Source: Campylobacterales bacterium (GTDB lineage: Bacteria; Campylobacterota; Campylobacteria; Campylobacterales; QNZT01). From it: DNA of 64,000 nt. A program made the translations under genes and the position numbers. Shown here one piece after another: positions 35,403-45,662 of the stretch. Numbering within the stretch: position 1 is the stretch's first letter; every line of letters starts with the position of its first letter. The stretch spans positions 102 to 64,101 of the forward strand of contig JALVVN010000044.1 of NCBI GenBank assembly GCA_027023405.1, written 5' to 3'. The notes under the pieces were generated by a model. It saw nothing but the letters and a program-made list of their open reading frames with translations. It was not told the origin of the DNA and did not search any database.

Positions 35403-36399
35403 TCAGTAGCTCCTGTGCCTCTGTGATCACCGTTTGGGGATCAATCTCGCTGATAGAAAAGTCCTCTTTGTTGAGCCGGTAGGGATCGACAGTGGAGGGG
35501 GATTTGAGTGTGCGACAGATAGAGGATTGATAGATGCGTGAAACGGGGGTGGGACCAAAGAGGAGTATGGCGGGGATATTGTTCGCCCAAGCGATATAGC
35601 TTGGTCCCGTATCGTTTCCGATGAGCAGATCGGCTTGGCTGATGATGGCTTTGAGGGCGTTGAGATCGAGCTTGGGGAGGAGGGTGACATTCTCAGCGTG
35701 ATCTTCGAGCCATTTCCCGCGCTTTTTTTCGCTCTCATTTCCCCACGGCACGAGGATATCGGCATCGAGTGCTTGTGCCACTTCGAGCAGTTTTTCTTTG
35801 GGATAGATGCGACTCTCCCAATTTGCCCCGATAATAAAGAACACCGTCGGTTTGTCCTGCTTGAGGAGGGGTGTGATCTTCTCAAGATCGGCAGGGGAAT
35901 AGTGAAGATAGGGTGCTTTACGGTGCATCTCCTCTGGGGTGATCTCAATCCTTAGCGCCTTGGAGAAGAGGAGTCGGTAGCGGTCGATGGTGTTTTCATG
36001 ATAAGGGATGGCAAAAGTGTCACTATAAAGATACGAAGCGACCGATTCACGGATGCTCTTTTTGTCAAAGCCCGCGATCTTGGTACCGAGAAGTTTGGCG
36101 ACGATAGCCGACTTGATAAGCCCCTGTGCATCGATGATAAGATCGTAGTGTTGATCGTCGGCGTAAGATCGCACCAGCTTGATCTGATTAAAGAGGGCAA
36201 GTTTGTTGCGTTTGATAGCGTGAAGATTGAGCGGACGGATCGCGTCGATGTGAGGATTGTGCTCCAAAATGGGCGCAAACCCCTTCTCGACAAACCAGTC
36301 GATCCGCAGATCAGGCACCTTTGCTTTGAGAAACTGCAAAACAGAAGCACAATGGACAATATCCCCCAAAGCGGAGAGTTTGATAATGGCTATTTTCAT
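35392..36399 (-). CDS. waaC: lipopolysaccharide heptosyltransferase I
   Basis: MKIAIIKLSALGDIVH N-terminus and a GT9-family C-terminal LIGNDTGPSYIA motif. Confidence 0.85.
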   Translation of the reverse strand: MKIAIIKLSALGDIVHCASVLQFLKAKVPDLRIDWFVEKGFAPILEHNPHIDAIRPLNLHAIKRNKLALFNQIKLVRSYADDQHYDLIIDAQGLIKSAIVAKLLGTKIAGFDKKSIRESVASYLYSDTFAIPYHENTIDRYRLLFSKALRIEITPEEMHRKAPYLHYSPADLEKITPLLKQDKPTVFFIIGANWESRIYPKEKLLEVAQALDADILVPWGNESEKKRGKWLEDHAENVTLLPKLDLNALKAIISQADLLIGNDTGPSYIAWANNIPAILLFGPTPVSRIYQSSICRTLKSPSTVDPYRLNKEDFSISEIDPQTVITEAQELLNAR

Positions 36400-36559
36400 A
36401 ATGGGTATTGTAGCTTATTTGGTTTTAGGTTGGGTCAATAATGAGCGAGATTCAAATTTTTTTGCAAGTATGGGTTTCGTTTAGTTCATGAAGTTATGCT
36501 AAAATTTTAAATTTGATATAATACGGAAGACCATTTCAAGCTCTTGAGGAGATAGAGTA

Positions 36560-36856
36560 ATGCAAAAAGAGAGTATTTTAAACTATTTGAAATTAAATCA
36601 AGAATACTATTATGACCAATTTGGAGTACAATTTATCGGCATATTTGGTTCTTTTGCTAGAAATGAAGCGACGGATAATAGTGATATAGATATTTTATAT
36701 AAAATTGGAAAAGACAAAAAACTATCGATGTTTAGCTATCTTAAATTAGTCAAACAGCTTGAAGACTTTTTTCATAAAAAAATTGATCTTGTGAGAGATG
36801 AGAGTCTAAAGCCTGAATTTAAAAGTTACATTCAAAAGGACATAAGCTATGTTTAA
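36560..36856 (+). CDS. MNT-type nucleotidyltransferase (type VII TA antitoxin, MntA-like)
   Basis: GIFGSFARNEATDNSDIDILY is the GSxxRGxxxxxSDxD minimal nucleotidyltransferase motif. 98 aa. Confidence 0.85.
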   Translation: MQKESILNYLKLNQEYYYDQFGVQFIGIFGSFARNEATDNSDIDILYKIGKDKKLSMFSYLKLVKQLEDFFHKKIDLVRDESLKPEFKSYIQKDISYV

Positions 36857-37235
36857 AAGTAATAGAGCTTATAAACTTTATATTAAAGATATAGTGAATG
36901 AATGTAAAAATATTAAAAAATTTGTTGAAAATATCACTTATGATGAATTTACTGAAAATTTAGAAAAAGTTTATGCGGTTGCAAAGGCTTTTGAAAATAT
37001 TGGCGAAGCAGTAAAAAATATTCCTAAAGAGCTTACGAGAGAATATCCCGAAATCCCTTGGAATGAAATAGCTAAAATGAGAGATGTTTTGACTCATCAC
37101 TATTTTGGTGTAGATGATAAAGTGTTATGGGATACTTTGGGGGAGGATTTTGATGAATTTGAAAAAGTTATGACTGATATGCTAAATAAATTTGAGCATG
37201 AACAGCTATCATCAAAGAACCAAACACTCCTTTGA
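36849..37235 (+). CDS. HepT-like (DUF86/HEPN) ribonuclease toxin
   Basis: RDVLTHHY matches the Rx4HxY HEPN motif. 8-nt overlap with the MNT gene. Confidence 0.85.
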   Translation: MFKSNRAYKLYIKDIVNECKNIKKFVENITYDEFTENLEKVYAVAKAFENIGEAVKNIPKELTREYPEIPWNEIAKMRDVLTHHYFGVDDKVLWDTLGEDFDEFEKVMTDMLNKFEHEQLSSKNQTLL

Positions 37236-37271
37236 ATCAGTCCGAAAAAATGCTTCCTATATGGACTGGAT

Positions 37272-37514
37272 ATGGACTGGAGCAATCAGCTGGGTGAAAA
37301 TAGTGCATTGACGATCTTTTTGACAAGCCGATCTCACAACTATCAAGCGATGTATCAGAAGGCGGGGATCATCGGAAATCGCTTCTACTTGGCTGCCAAT
37401 TATCTTCAAATAGGATGCTCGGGGATCGGAGCCTATTATGATGACGAAGTGGCGGCATTTTTGGAACTGGGAAGTGAAGATATGGTGTTGTATGGGATTT
37501 GCGTGGGGAATTAG
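37272..37514 (+). pseudogene. C-terminal remnant of a SagB-type/nitroreductase-family gene
   Basis: ...YQAMYQKAGIIGNRFYLAANYLQIGCSGIGAYYDDEVAAFLELGSEDMVLYGICVGN matches only about the last 75 aa of SagB/nitroreductase-fold proteins. No N-terminal part is present. Confidence 0.6.
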
Positions 37515-37574
37515 CTTTAACATCACAAGTAAAATTGCGATATAATATTTCCAATTTCTATGGAAGGATTCAAG

Positions 37575-38024
37575 ATGAAAGTGTTATTAGTCAAAGATGT
37601 CAAATCACTCGGCAAAGCGGGTGAGATCAAAGAGGTCAAAGAGGGATATGGACAAAATTTCCTCATCAAAAAAGGGTTGGCGCTTCGTGCGACGGATGAG
37701 GTGATTCATGAGTGGGAGGAGAAAGAGGCGCAACGCAAAGAGCAGGAGGCAAAAGAGCTGGAGCAGATCAAAGAGATTGCGAAGCAGCTTGAGAGTGTGA
37801 AGCTCAAACTGGTCAAAAAGCTTGGGGCTAACGGCTCTCTTTATGGAGCGGTGACCAAAGATGAGATCGCGGGGGCACTTAAAGATCAAGAGGGAATCGA
37901 GATCGATAAAAAGAGTATCGAGTACGGTAAACACGCGCTCAAAGGTACGGGTGAGCATGAGGTAGATGTGAAGCTGGGACACGGTGTGCATGCGAAATTG
38001 ATTGTCGAGATCATAGGAGAGTAG
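37575..38024 (+). CDS. rplI: 50S ribosomal protein L9
   Basis: [31 protein letters not shown] is the canonical L9 N-terminus. Confidence 0.92.
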   Translation: MKVLLVKDVKSLGKAGEIKEVKEGYGQNFLIKKGLALRATDEVIHEWEEKEAQRKEQEAKELEQIKEIAKQLESVKLKLVKKLGANGSLYGAVTKDEIAGALKDQEGIEIDKKSIEYGKHALKGTGEHEVDVKLGHGVHAKLIVEIIGE

Positions 38025-38567
38025 ATGTTTCACGCGACGACGATATTGGCGATCAAGGGTGAGAATCGGGCGGTCATCGGCGGAGACGGGCAAGTCACCT
38101 TCGGCAATGCTATTCTCAAGAGTAACGCGACCAAAATCAGGAAACTCTACAACGGCAAAGTCCTTGCCGGTTTTGCCGGTAGTACGGCAGACGCCTTTAA
38201 CCTCTTTGATATGTTTGAGGGGATTTTGGAGGATAAACGGGGTGATCTGCTCAAGAGTGTGATCGCCTTCTCCAAAGCGTGGCGAAAAGATAAATATATG
38301 CGACAACTGGAGGCGATGATGATCGTGCTCGATACGGAGCATATCTATATTCTCAGTGGAAACGGTGATGTTGTAGAGCCTGAAGATGGCAAGATTGCGG
38401 CGATTGGAAGTGGGGGAAATTTTGCCATCTCCGCAGCCAGAGCGCTTGATCGACACGCTGACTTGGATGAGGAGAAGCTGGTACACGAATCACTACTGAT
38501 TGCCAGTGAACTGTGTATCTATACCAGTGATAAGATTAAGACTTTTAGTTTGGAGAGGGAAGGATGA
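38025..38567 (+). CDS. hslV: ATP-dependent protease subunit HslV
   Basis: [27 protein letters not shown], with the Thr active site after Met processing. Confidence 0.95.
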   Translation: MFHATTILAIKGENRAVIGGDGQVTFGNAILKSNATKIRKLYNGKVLAGFAGSTADAFNLFDMFEGILEDKRGDLLKSVIAFSKAWRKDKYMRQLEAMMIVLDTEHIYILSGNGDVVEPEDGKIAAIGSGGNFAISAARALDRHADLDEEKLVHESLLIASELCIYTSDKIKTFSLEREG

Positions 38568-39889
38568 AAGCATTGACACCTAAAGAGACGGTTGCCTATC
38601 TGGATCAATATATTATCGGGCAGAAGGATGCCAAAAAAGCGATTGCCGTCGCACTGCGAAACCGATATCGACGCATGCAGCTTGATGAAGCGATGCAGGA
38701 GGAGATCAGCCCTAAAAATATCTTGATGATCGGAAGTACCGGTGTGGGAAAGACGGAGATCGCCAGACGATTGGCAAAGATGATGAGCCTTCCCTTTTTG
38801 AAAGTCGAGGCGAGTAAATATACCGAAGTGGGGTTTGTCGGTCGGGATGTAGAGTCGATGGTGCGTGATCTGGTCTTGGCATCATTGAATCTGGTCAAAA
38901 ATGAAGAGAAGCAGAAGCAACAAGGGGCGATAGATGCGTATGTGCAAAAGCGTATTATCGAAGCGCTTTTGCCCCCTCTGCCGAGTGGATCACCCCAGAG
39001 TAAACAGGATGAGTATGCCAGAAGCTATGAAAAGATGAAAGAGCGCTACGAAAAGGGGGAGCTGGACAATCTCAAAGTAGAGCTGGAGCTACAAGAGAGT
39101 GTGATGGAGATCAGTGACAGTGTGCCTCCGGAGATGGCGAAGGTGCAGGAGTCTTTTATTAAGATTTTGAGTAGTACCAATAAAAAGACAAAGAAGGAGC
39201 TTCTCATCAAGGATGCCAAAGAGGCGCTCAAGGGTGAGGCGAGTGAGAAGCTTTTGGATATGGAAGCGGTCAAACAAGAGGCGTTAAGACGGGCGGAGAA
39301 CGGTGGGATCATCTTTATCGATGAGATCGACAAGATCGCCGTAAGTGCCAATAACCAATCGCGACAAGATCCTTCGAAAGAGGGTGTGCAACGCGATCTC
39401 TTGCCGATCGTGGAGGGGAGTGATGTGAGTACCAAGTACGGCATCATCAAAACCAACCATATTCTCTTTATCGCAGCAGGTGCCTTTGCGCTCAGCAAGC
39501 CTAGCGATCTGATTCCCGAACTTCAGGGGCGCTTTCCACTCCGTGTGGAGCTCGATTCTCTGGATGAAGAGACACTTTACGCCATCTTGACGCAACCCAA
39601 AAACTCTCTGCTCAAACAGTATCAAGCGCTTTTGGAGACCGAAGGGGTGAATCTGGAGTTTAACGATGGGGCGATAAGGGCTTTGGCGAAAGTTGCCCAT
39701 CAAGCCAATGAAAAGACAGAAGATATCGGTGCAAGGAGATTGCATACGGTGATTGAGAAGGTGCTTGAAGATATTAGCTTTGATGCGGATGAACATAGTG
39801 GTGAGACGATTGTGGTCGATGAGGATTTAGTGCACCGTAAACTCGATGCGGTGGTGGGTGATGAAGATAGCTCTCGGTATATACTCTAA
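38564..39889 (+). CDS. hslU: ATP-dependent protease ATPase subunit HslU
   Basis: [34 protein letters not shown], Walker [16 protein letters not shown], and [12 protein letters not shown]. Confidence 0.95.
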   Translation: MKALTPKETVAYLDQYIIGQKDAKKAIAVALRNRYRRMQLDEAMQEEISPKNILMIGSTGVGKTEIARRLAKMMSLPFLKVEASKYTEVGFVGRDVESMVRDLVLASLNLVKNEEKQKQQGAIDAYVQKRIIEALLPPLPSGSPQSKQDEYARSYEKMKERYEKGELDNLKVELELQESVMEISDSVPPEMAKVQESFIKILSSTNKKTKKELLIKDAKEALKGEASEKLLDMEAVKQEALRRAENGGIIFIDEIDKIAVSANNQSRQDPSKEGVQRDLLPIVEGSDVSTKYGIIKTNHILFIAAGAFALSKPSDLIPELQGRFPLRVELDSLDEETLYAILTQPKNSLLKQYQALLETEGVNLEFNDGAIRALAKVAHQANEKTEDIGARRLHTVIEKVLEDISFDADEHSGETIVVDEDLVHRKLDAVVGDEDSSRYIL

Positions 39890-40788
39890 TGGATAAGATC
39901 ACTAGAGCCGGATTTATCGCCGTCATCGGTCGTCCCAATGCGGGGAAGAGTTCATTTTTGAACTGGATCGTCGATGAGAAACTGGCGATGGTGAGTCACA
40001 AAGCAAACGCCACCAGAAAACGGATGCAGATCATTGCGATGTATGAAGACGAAGAGAGTATCAATCAACTCATCTTTATTGATACGCCCGGTTTGCATGA
40101 AAAGGAGCGGTTACTCGATCGCTTTATGCTCGATGAGGCGCTCAAAGCGATGGGGGATTGTGATCTGATTCTTTTTCTTTCTCCGGTACATGACGATCTC
40201 AAAGAGTATGAGAAGTTTTTAGCCTTAAACAAGAAAAGAGTACCGCATGTGGTGCTCTTGACCAAAGTGGATGAGAGTACGCCGGAGAAGTTGTTAGAGA
40301 AGATGGGGCAATATGCCAAGTATCAAGAGGAGTTTTTAGCGCTTATTCCAATCTCTATTAAAAAAGGGACACAAAAGGAGCAACTTTTGGCGACACTTTC
40401 AAAGTTTTTACCCACCTCTGCGCTCTACTATGATCCGGAGATTTTGACCACAGACAAAATGAAAGATATTTATAGGGAATTCATCAGAGAGTCAATATTT
40501 GAAAAAACTTCTAAAGAAATTCCTTACTTTTCCGATGTTGTAATTGAGAAGGTTGAAGAGCTTCCTCAATTAGAGAAGATTTTTGCCCAGATTGTGGTTG
40601 AGAAGCGCTCCCAAAAGGGGATTCTCATCGGCAAGGACGGCAAAACGCTTCAGCGCATCGGAAAGCATGCACGCACTCTGATTGAGGCGTTGACCGGTAA
40701 AAAGGTTTTCTTGAAGCTCTTTGTAGTTGTCAAGCCCGGTTGGAGTAAAGATAAAAAATCTTTAGAGGAGATCGGCTACGACATCTAA
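39889..40788 (+). CDS. era: GTPase Era
   Basis: GFIAVIGRPNAGKSSFLN, DTPG, and a C-terminal KH domain (VEKRSQKGILIGKDGKTLQRIG). Confidence 0.95.
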   Translation: MDKITRAGFIAVIGRPNAGKSSFLNWIVDEKLAMVSHKANATRKRMQIIAMYEDEESINQLIFIDTPGLHEKERLLDRFMLDEALKAMGDCDLILFLSPVHDDLKEYEKFLALNKKRVPHVVLLTKVDESTPEKLLEKMGQYAKYQEEFLALIPISIKKGTQKEQLLATLSKFLPTSALYYDPEILTTDKMKDIYREFIRESIFEKTSKEIPYFSDVVIEKVEELPQLEKIFAQIVVEKRSQKGILIGKDGKTLQRIGKHARTLIEALTGKKVFLKLFVVVKPGWSKDKKSLEEIGYDI

Positions 40789-40824
40789 CACAACCTGAAA
40801 AATTTATTTTTTAGGGAAGTAGCT

Positions 40825-42363
40825 ATGTTTAAAAAGAAAGGTATGGTTGGACTAGAGTCCAATAAACCGATTGCAGCGATAGATCCTTATGCGCTGGAAA
40901 CCTATATTTTCAAAGATAATCTTTTTGAAAGAGGTTCAGCGAAGTCACTTGCGAAAGATAACTTCTTTATCTCCTATGTCCAAACCAAAGATATTATCTC
41001 CGGTACGGTTGAGATTGCACGAAATGTGGCAGATGATGAGCTAGATGATGCGATTGAAATTAAGGTCTATGATGAGCTTGGTTTAGATAGTAGTATTGAG
41101 TATAAAATCTATCATTTTGAGGCGCACAAACAAGATAGTAGCGAGAGAGTCTTTGACATTATCGCTATCGATACAGAGACGCTCTCTAGTGTCTATAAAG
41201 ATGTGAAGCATATCAAATATATTGATTACATTACCACTGCGCCACTGCTTTTTAAGTCACTCTACAAGAAAAATATATTGGAGCCGACGCAAACGGACTG
41301 TTTTGTCTATTTTCACAAAGATGATGCGCATGTGACGATTTATCAAGATGGTGAATTTGTCTTTACAAAGTCGATCCGTTACTCTTTGAGTGTCATCTCT
41401 GATACATTTTCCAAAGAGCTTGGAAAGAGAGTGGATGAGGCGGAGTTTTATAAAATGCTTCAAACATCAGGGCTTCAAAGCAGTGACCCTGCGTATCAAA
41501 AGGAGTTGATGAAGCTCTTTGGTGAAGTGTTTGTCTATATCAATGATGTGATTCTCTATGCCAAGCGAGCCTACTCACTTGAGAAGATCGATCAAGTCTA
41601 TTTGGCAACGGATTTGGGTGATATTAAAGGCTTGGAGGAGTTTTGTCATAACTATGTCAACTTGCCGAGTAAAAAGTTAAGCTTTAAGATTGCTAAAAAT
41701 GTCGATGAGTTAGGTCTCAATATACTCTATTCATTGATGGTGCTTTCTGCACAATATTATCAAAGTGGACACGAAGATGAGGAGATGAATCTCTCGATCT
41801 TTCGAAAACCTCCACCGCTTCAAAAGCGACCTTCAGGAAAATTGATGCAAGTGGCGGCAGCTGCACTCTTCTTCTCTTTGGCATACCCTGCGTATCAATA
41901 TGTTCAAGATAAGCTCTTTTTGCAAAAGGATTTGGATAGATTAGAGAGTAAATACCAACACCTTTCCATGCAATCCAACAATATGAAAGTGGCATTTGCC
42001 AAATTAAACAAAGAGCAAAAAGAGGTCGATAAAAAGTTAGCTGCCAAAGGGGAGGAGCTAGATTTTAGAACAAAGCTACTGCATGAGATTTATATGAAAA
42101 AGGTCTCTTATCCGATGAAAGCGAAGATTCTGACAGGACTCTTTGACAAGATTATCAAGCATAATGCAAAGGTCGTCTCTGTCGATAACAATGCATCAGA
42201 TATGGTTATTAAGATCAGAAGTAATAACGATAAATATATTACAGAGCTCTTGACTGATATTGCCAATATCAGAGCATATGATGTGAGTACAGATACGATT
42301 AAAAAAGATCAAAACGGCACCTATTATGAGAGTGCGATAAAGGTGGGACTAAATGTTAGGTAA
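40825..42363 (+). CDS. PilM-like/PilN-like fusion protein (MshI-type pilus biogenesis protein)
   Basis: 512 aa. The N-terminal ~330 aa resemble the PilM actin-like fold. They are followed by one TM helix (LMQVAAAALFFSLAYPAYQYV) and a coiled-coil, PilN-like periplasmic part. Confidence 0.6.
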   Translation: MFKKKGMVGLESNKPIAAIDPYALETYIFKDNLFERGSAKSLAKDNFFISYVQTKDIISGTVEIARNVADDELDDAIEIKVYDELGLDSSIEYKIYHFEAHKQDSSERVFDIIAIDTETLSSVYKDVKHIKYIDYITTAPLLFKSLYKKNILEPTQTDCFVYFHKDDAHVTIYQDGEFVFTKSIRYSLSVISDTFSKELGKRVDEAEFYKMLQTSGLQSSDPAYQKELMKLFGEVFVYINDVILYAKRAYSLEKIDQVYLATDLGDIKGLEEFCHNYVNLPSKKLSFKIAKNVDELGLNILYSLMVLSAQYYQSGHEDEEMNLSIFRKPPPLQKRPSGKLMQVAAAALFFSLAYPAYQYVQDKLFLQKDLDRLESKYQHLSMQSNNMKVAFAKLNKEQKEVDKKLAAKGEELDFRTKLLHEIYMKKVSYPMKAKILTGLFDKIIKHNAKVVSVDNNASDMVIKIRSNNDKYITELLTDIANIRAYDVSTDTIKKDQNGTYYESAIKVGLNVR

Positions 42364-43000
42364 TGTAAATAAAAAGCAGAGTCTATTTGATAAGATTGAT
42401 GACTACTTTGCTAAGGAGAAGCCAAGTACGCTTCAGATGGCTTATATCGGTGTGGCTGCTCTTATCGGATATATGGTCTATACCTATGTTTTTCCGGTGA
42501 CAGATGAAGCGTTGAAGATGACAAAATCAAAAATTCAAAGCACCACACAGAAACTCAATCAAGAGAAGAACTATTTGAGTACACACAATGCACAGACACT
42601 CAATCGTGCAAGAGTGGCGCTCAAGCAGAAGAAGATCGATTATGACAATACTATCTATAAGATCAGCTATGTGGAGAATAAACTCACGGAGCTTAGCTAT
42701 CTTCTCTTTGATGATAAGAGTTGGGCGGCATTTGTGGATAATATCTCGGAGTTGGCGAAAAAATATAATGTGGATATTCAAGAGATCGGCAATAAATTTT
42801 ACGATCCGACCTACAAAAAGATTACGCATGTCGCGGAGGTAGATGTGGTTTCATCGGGTAAAACCAAAGATATGCTCAAGTTTCTTAATGCGATTGAGGA
42901 GAGTCAGTTGGTTATCGACATCAACGATATCAAACTTCAAAAACCGGATAAGATGGTCGAGGGAAGTTTTAAAATTGCAGTATGGGGGATGAAGTATTGA
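42353..43000 (+). CDS. PilO/MshJ-like pilus assembly protein
   Basis: 215 aa: N-terminal TM helix, coiled coil, C-terminal alpha/beta domain. 11-nt overlap with the upstream gene. Confidence 0.5.
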   Translation: MLGNVNKKQSLFDKIDDYFAKEKPSTLQMAYIGVAALIGYMVYTYVFPVTDEALKMTKSKIQSTTQKLNQEKNYLSTHNAQTLNRARVALKQKKIDYDNTIYKISYVENKLTELSYLLFDDKSWAAFVDNISELAKKYNVDIQEIGNKFYDPTYKKITHVAEVDVVSSGKTKDMLKFLNAIEESQLVIDINDIKLQKPDKMVEGSFKIAVWGMKY

Positions 43001-43416
43001 AAAAGATAGGAATCATGATCCCGGTGTTGGCATTCAATGTGCTAGCGCATGCAGGAGCAGTACAAACAGACAAAGAAGCACTCATCGCTGAATATAGAGA
43101 TATGTTTCAAAAGATAAGTCAAAAGCGTATCGGTATCGATGAGAGCAAAATTGATCAACTCAAGGCACCGTTTTTGACTGAAGAAAAGAAGATAGAAGTC
43201 AAGAAGACGAAAGAGACCAAACACAGCGAGCCGTTTGAGCTTCAAGCGATTTTTGGTAAACGAGCCAAGATTAGCGGTCACTGGTACAAAGTACATGATG
43301 AGGTGAACGGGATGAAAGTGGTTTTGATAGGAGATGGCTTTGTTTGGCTGAAAAATGATCAATATAGAAAAAAATTAACGATGGGGAATAGAAATGAAAA
43401 AATTAGCATTAAGTAG
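42982..43416 (+). CDS. small periplasmic PilP/MshK-like protein
   Basis: Signal-like KKIGIMIPVLAFNVLAHA. C-terminal ELQAIFGKRAKISGHWYKVHDEVNGMKVVLIGDGFVWL resembles the PilP/MshK beta domain. The start is uncertain (TTG at 42997 or ATG at 43015 is possible). Confidence 0.45.
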   Translation: MGDEVLKKIGIMIPVLAFNVLAHAGAVQTDKEALIAEYRDMFQKISQKRIGIDESKIDQLKAPFLTEEKKIEVKKTKETKHSEPFELQAIFGKRAKISGHWYKVHDEVNGMKVVLIGDGFVWLKNDQYRKKLTMGNRNEKISIK

Positions 43417-44917
43417 TATCAGAAAGAGCGTTTTAGCTTTTGGTGCGGCATCACTGATTATGGGTAGTATGAGTGTGATCGATGCAAAGAGTTGCGATAT
43501 GCGGACTTTTAATATTAAAGTTGCCGATAAAGTCTCTACCAATGAGATTCTCAATCAACTCTCCAGTGAATGTGGCTTTTCGGTCGTAGAGAAGGATGAG
43601 ATCGCCAAAAAGAAGATGGATGAAGAGCTTTACGGTGTCAATATCAAAGATATGACATTGGATGAGATCTTTAATACCTTGGTCAAGAGTCAAGGGTTGA
43701 GCTACAGCTATCGTCATAAGTTGCTCAATATTACCGGTGTACGCACCAAGACTTTCAAGATTGATTATGTGAGTACGGATAGAGCGGGTACGAGTAGTAC
43801 CGATATTTCACTCACCGGTGATACAGGTACAGCTAGTACAGGTAGTTCGGGAAGCAGTGGTAACAGTAGTTCTCTCTCAACAGGTGCAAAAATCACTTCC
43901 AGTGATAAGTTTAGTTTTTGGGCATCGATTGAGAAGGAGTTAAACTCTATTCTCAACTCGCCAGAGGATAAGTTTAAAGCACCTGCTCCGATTATCAACA
44001 AAGAGGCGGGGCTGGTGACAGTAAGCGGTACACCAAGCCAGCTTGCACGCGTCAGTGCCTATATGAATGAGATGATGAATCGTCTTCATAAACAGGTGAT
44101 GATCGATGTAAAAATACTCTCAGTGACGCTCAATAATGCACAAAAAACAGGTGTCAACTGGGGGGAGCTCTACAAGCTACAAAATGTCAAAGTAGGGTAT
44201 GATTCGATCCATGCGAAAGATGTCGATACCTTTACCGACGGCAAGATCAATACGGCAAGTAAAAATGGTATTTGGCATTCGAATCTCTTAAGATTTACGG
44301 GAGATACTTCGATTGCGGATATTATTCAATTTTTGAATACACAGGGTAAAGTCTCATCGATTTCAAATCCAAAAGTGGTGACGCTCAACAATCAACCTGC
44401 TGTATTCTCTTCTGGTGATCAGCTCTACTATAAGCTCTCTAGCTCTTCAAGACAGACGGGAACCGGAGCAGCGACAGAGGTTTATAGCGGTGAGATTGTC
44501 AAGAGTGTTTTTGCGGGTGTATTGCTTGATATTACACCACAAATTACGGATGATGGCGAGATTATCCTCAAAATCAATCCCTCTATCTCTTCTGCAAAGA
44601 GTGATGTGAAGAGTGACGGTGTAAGACGCCTTCCACCGGATTTGACTAAGCAGCAAATCTCTGCCGTTGTTAAGTTGCATGATGGTGAGAAAGCGGTCTT
44701 GGGTGGGTTGATCAAATCAGTCAAACAAAAAGGTACCTATAAAGTGCCGGTTCTTGGGAATATCCCTGTGCTTGGATATGCATTTAGACAAGATACGACG
44801 ACGGAGAAGCGAGAGGAGTTGGTGATTATTGTTACTCCTCATATTATAACCCCCTATGGAAAGCGTCCTAAGCGACACTTGACATTGAGAGATATTGGAT
44901 ACAAAGGTATTAGATAA
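43394..44917 (+). CDS. secretin (MshL/PilQ/CtsD-type)
   Basis: 507 aa: signal peptide, Ser/Thr/Gly-rich linker, secretin C-domain with the hallmark VPVLGNIPVLGYAFR. Confidence 0.9.
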   Translation: MKKLALSSIRKSVLAFGAASLIMGSMSVIDAKSCDMRTFNIKVADKVSTNEILNQLSSECGFSVVEKDEIAKKKMDEELYGVNIKDMTLDEIFNTLVKSQGLSYSYRHKLLNITGVRTKTFKIDYVSTDRAGTSSTDISLTGDTGTASTGSSGSSGNSSSLSTGAKITSSDKFSFWASIEKELNSILNSPEDKFKAPAPIINKEAGLVTVSGTPSQLARVSAYMNEMMNRLHKQVMIDVKILSVTLNNAQKTGVNWGELYKLQNVKVGYDSIHAKDVDTFTDGKINTASKNGIWHSNLLRFTGDTSIADIIQFLNTQGKVSSISNPKVVTLNNQPAVFSSGDQLYYKLSSSSRQTGTGAATEVYSGEIVKSVFAGVLLDITPQITDDGEIILKINPSISSAKSDVKSDGVRRLPPDLTKQQISAVVKLHDGEKAVLGGLIKSVKQKGTYKVPVLGNIPVLGYAFRQDTTTEKREELVIIVTPHIITPYGKRPKRHLTLRDIGYKGIR

Positions 44918-44931
44918 AAAGGAGTATAGCG

Positions 44932-45627
44932 ATGGCAAAGGTACAGGCATCCCATAAGAAGTATCGTCATCATGAGTTATTTGATGATAAACGATTTATC
45001 GTCAAATTCCTCTCTCTTCTTGTGATGATTGTGACACTCTCATTTTTGGGGATTCGAAATCAAGATACGATGTTCTCGTTTAAAGATATTGAACTTCCAA
45101 CTTTGAAGTGGAGTACATTGAAGGAGATAGAGGCAGATCTTAGCGGTTCAAAAGTCATTGCTCAAGCGAGTGAGGATGATTTTGATCGTTTGAGTGAGTT
45201 GGATTTGAGTGATATATCTCTCAAGGAGCAAGCACCCTCTCAAGAGGTACAACGACATCATGAAATTGCGGTAAATAGGACACCTCAAAAAGAAAAGAAA
45301 GTAAAAAAGAGGATTATTATTACCGAAGGGAGTAGTAGTCGCTCTGCCAAAACGCTCAAACAGCGTTTTTATGCAACACATAAAAGTGTGTACGCAATTC
45401 AAATTGCAAAAAAGTTTTTGGTTCATAAATCCTATAAGCGTGCAATGAAGTGGGCGATGATTGCGAATGAGATTGATAACAAAAATGAAGAGAGTTGGAT
45501 TTTATTTGCAAAAGCAAAGCTCAAAATGGGGCAAAAAAGGGATGCGATCAGTGCACTTCAAGCCTATTTGAAGCTTCATAAATCCTCTAATGTAAAAAGA
45601 TTATTGGACGATATTACCAAAAGTTGA
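44932..45627 (+). CDS. membrane-anchored TPR-like protein (MshN/CtsX position)
   Basis: 231 aa: one TM helix (FIVKFLSLLVMIVTLSFLGI) and a C-terminal helical-repeat region (AIQIAKKFLVHKSYKRAMKWAMIANEID...AISALQAYLKL). Confidence 0.45.
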   Translation: MAKVQASHKKYRHHELFDDKRFIVKFLSLLVMIVTLSFLGIRNQDTMFSFKDIELPTLKWSTLKEIEADLSGSKVIAQASEDDFDRLSELDLSDISLKEQAPSQEVQRHHEIAVNRTPQKEKKVKKRIIITEGSSSRSAKTLKQRFYATHKSVYAIQIAKKFLVHKSYKRAMKWAMIANEIDNKNEESWILFAKAKLKMGQKRDAISALQAYLKLHKSSNVKRLLDDITKS

Positions 45628-45662
45628 AAAGATAGAAAAATTACAGAGATAAAGAGGGTTGC

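Noticed and set aside
35427-36359. 173-aa and 135-aa minus-strand ORFs in alternative frames of waaC
   Set aside because: They are out-of-frame readings of a GC-rich gene and are Ser/Pro/Arg-rich. The waaC frame carries the GT9 motifs.
37605-38486. 293-aa minus-strand ORF
   Set aside because: It is antisense to rplI and hslV, which are unmistakable. Its composition is low-complexity (Leu/Arg/Phe-rich) and it has no start context.
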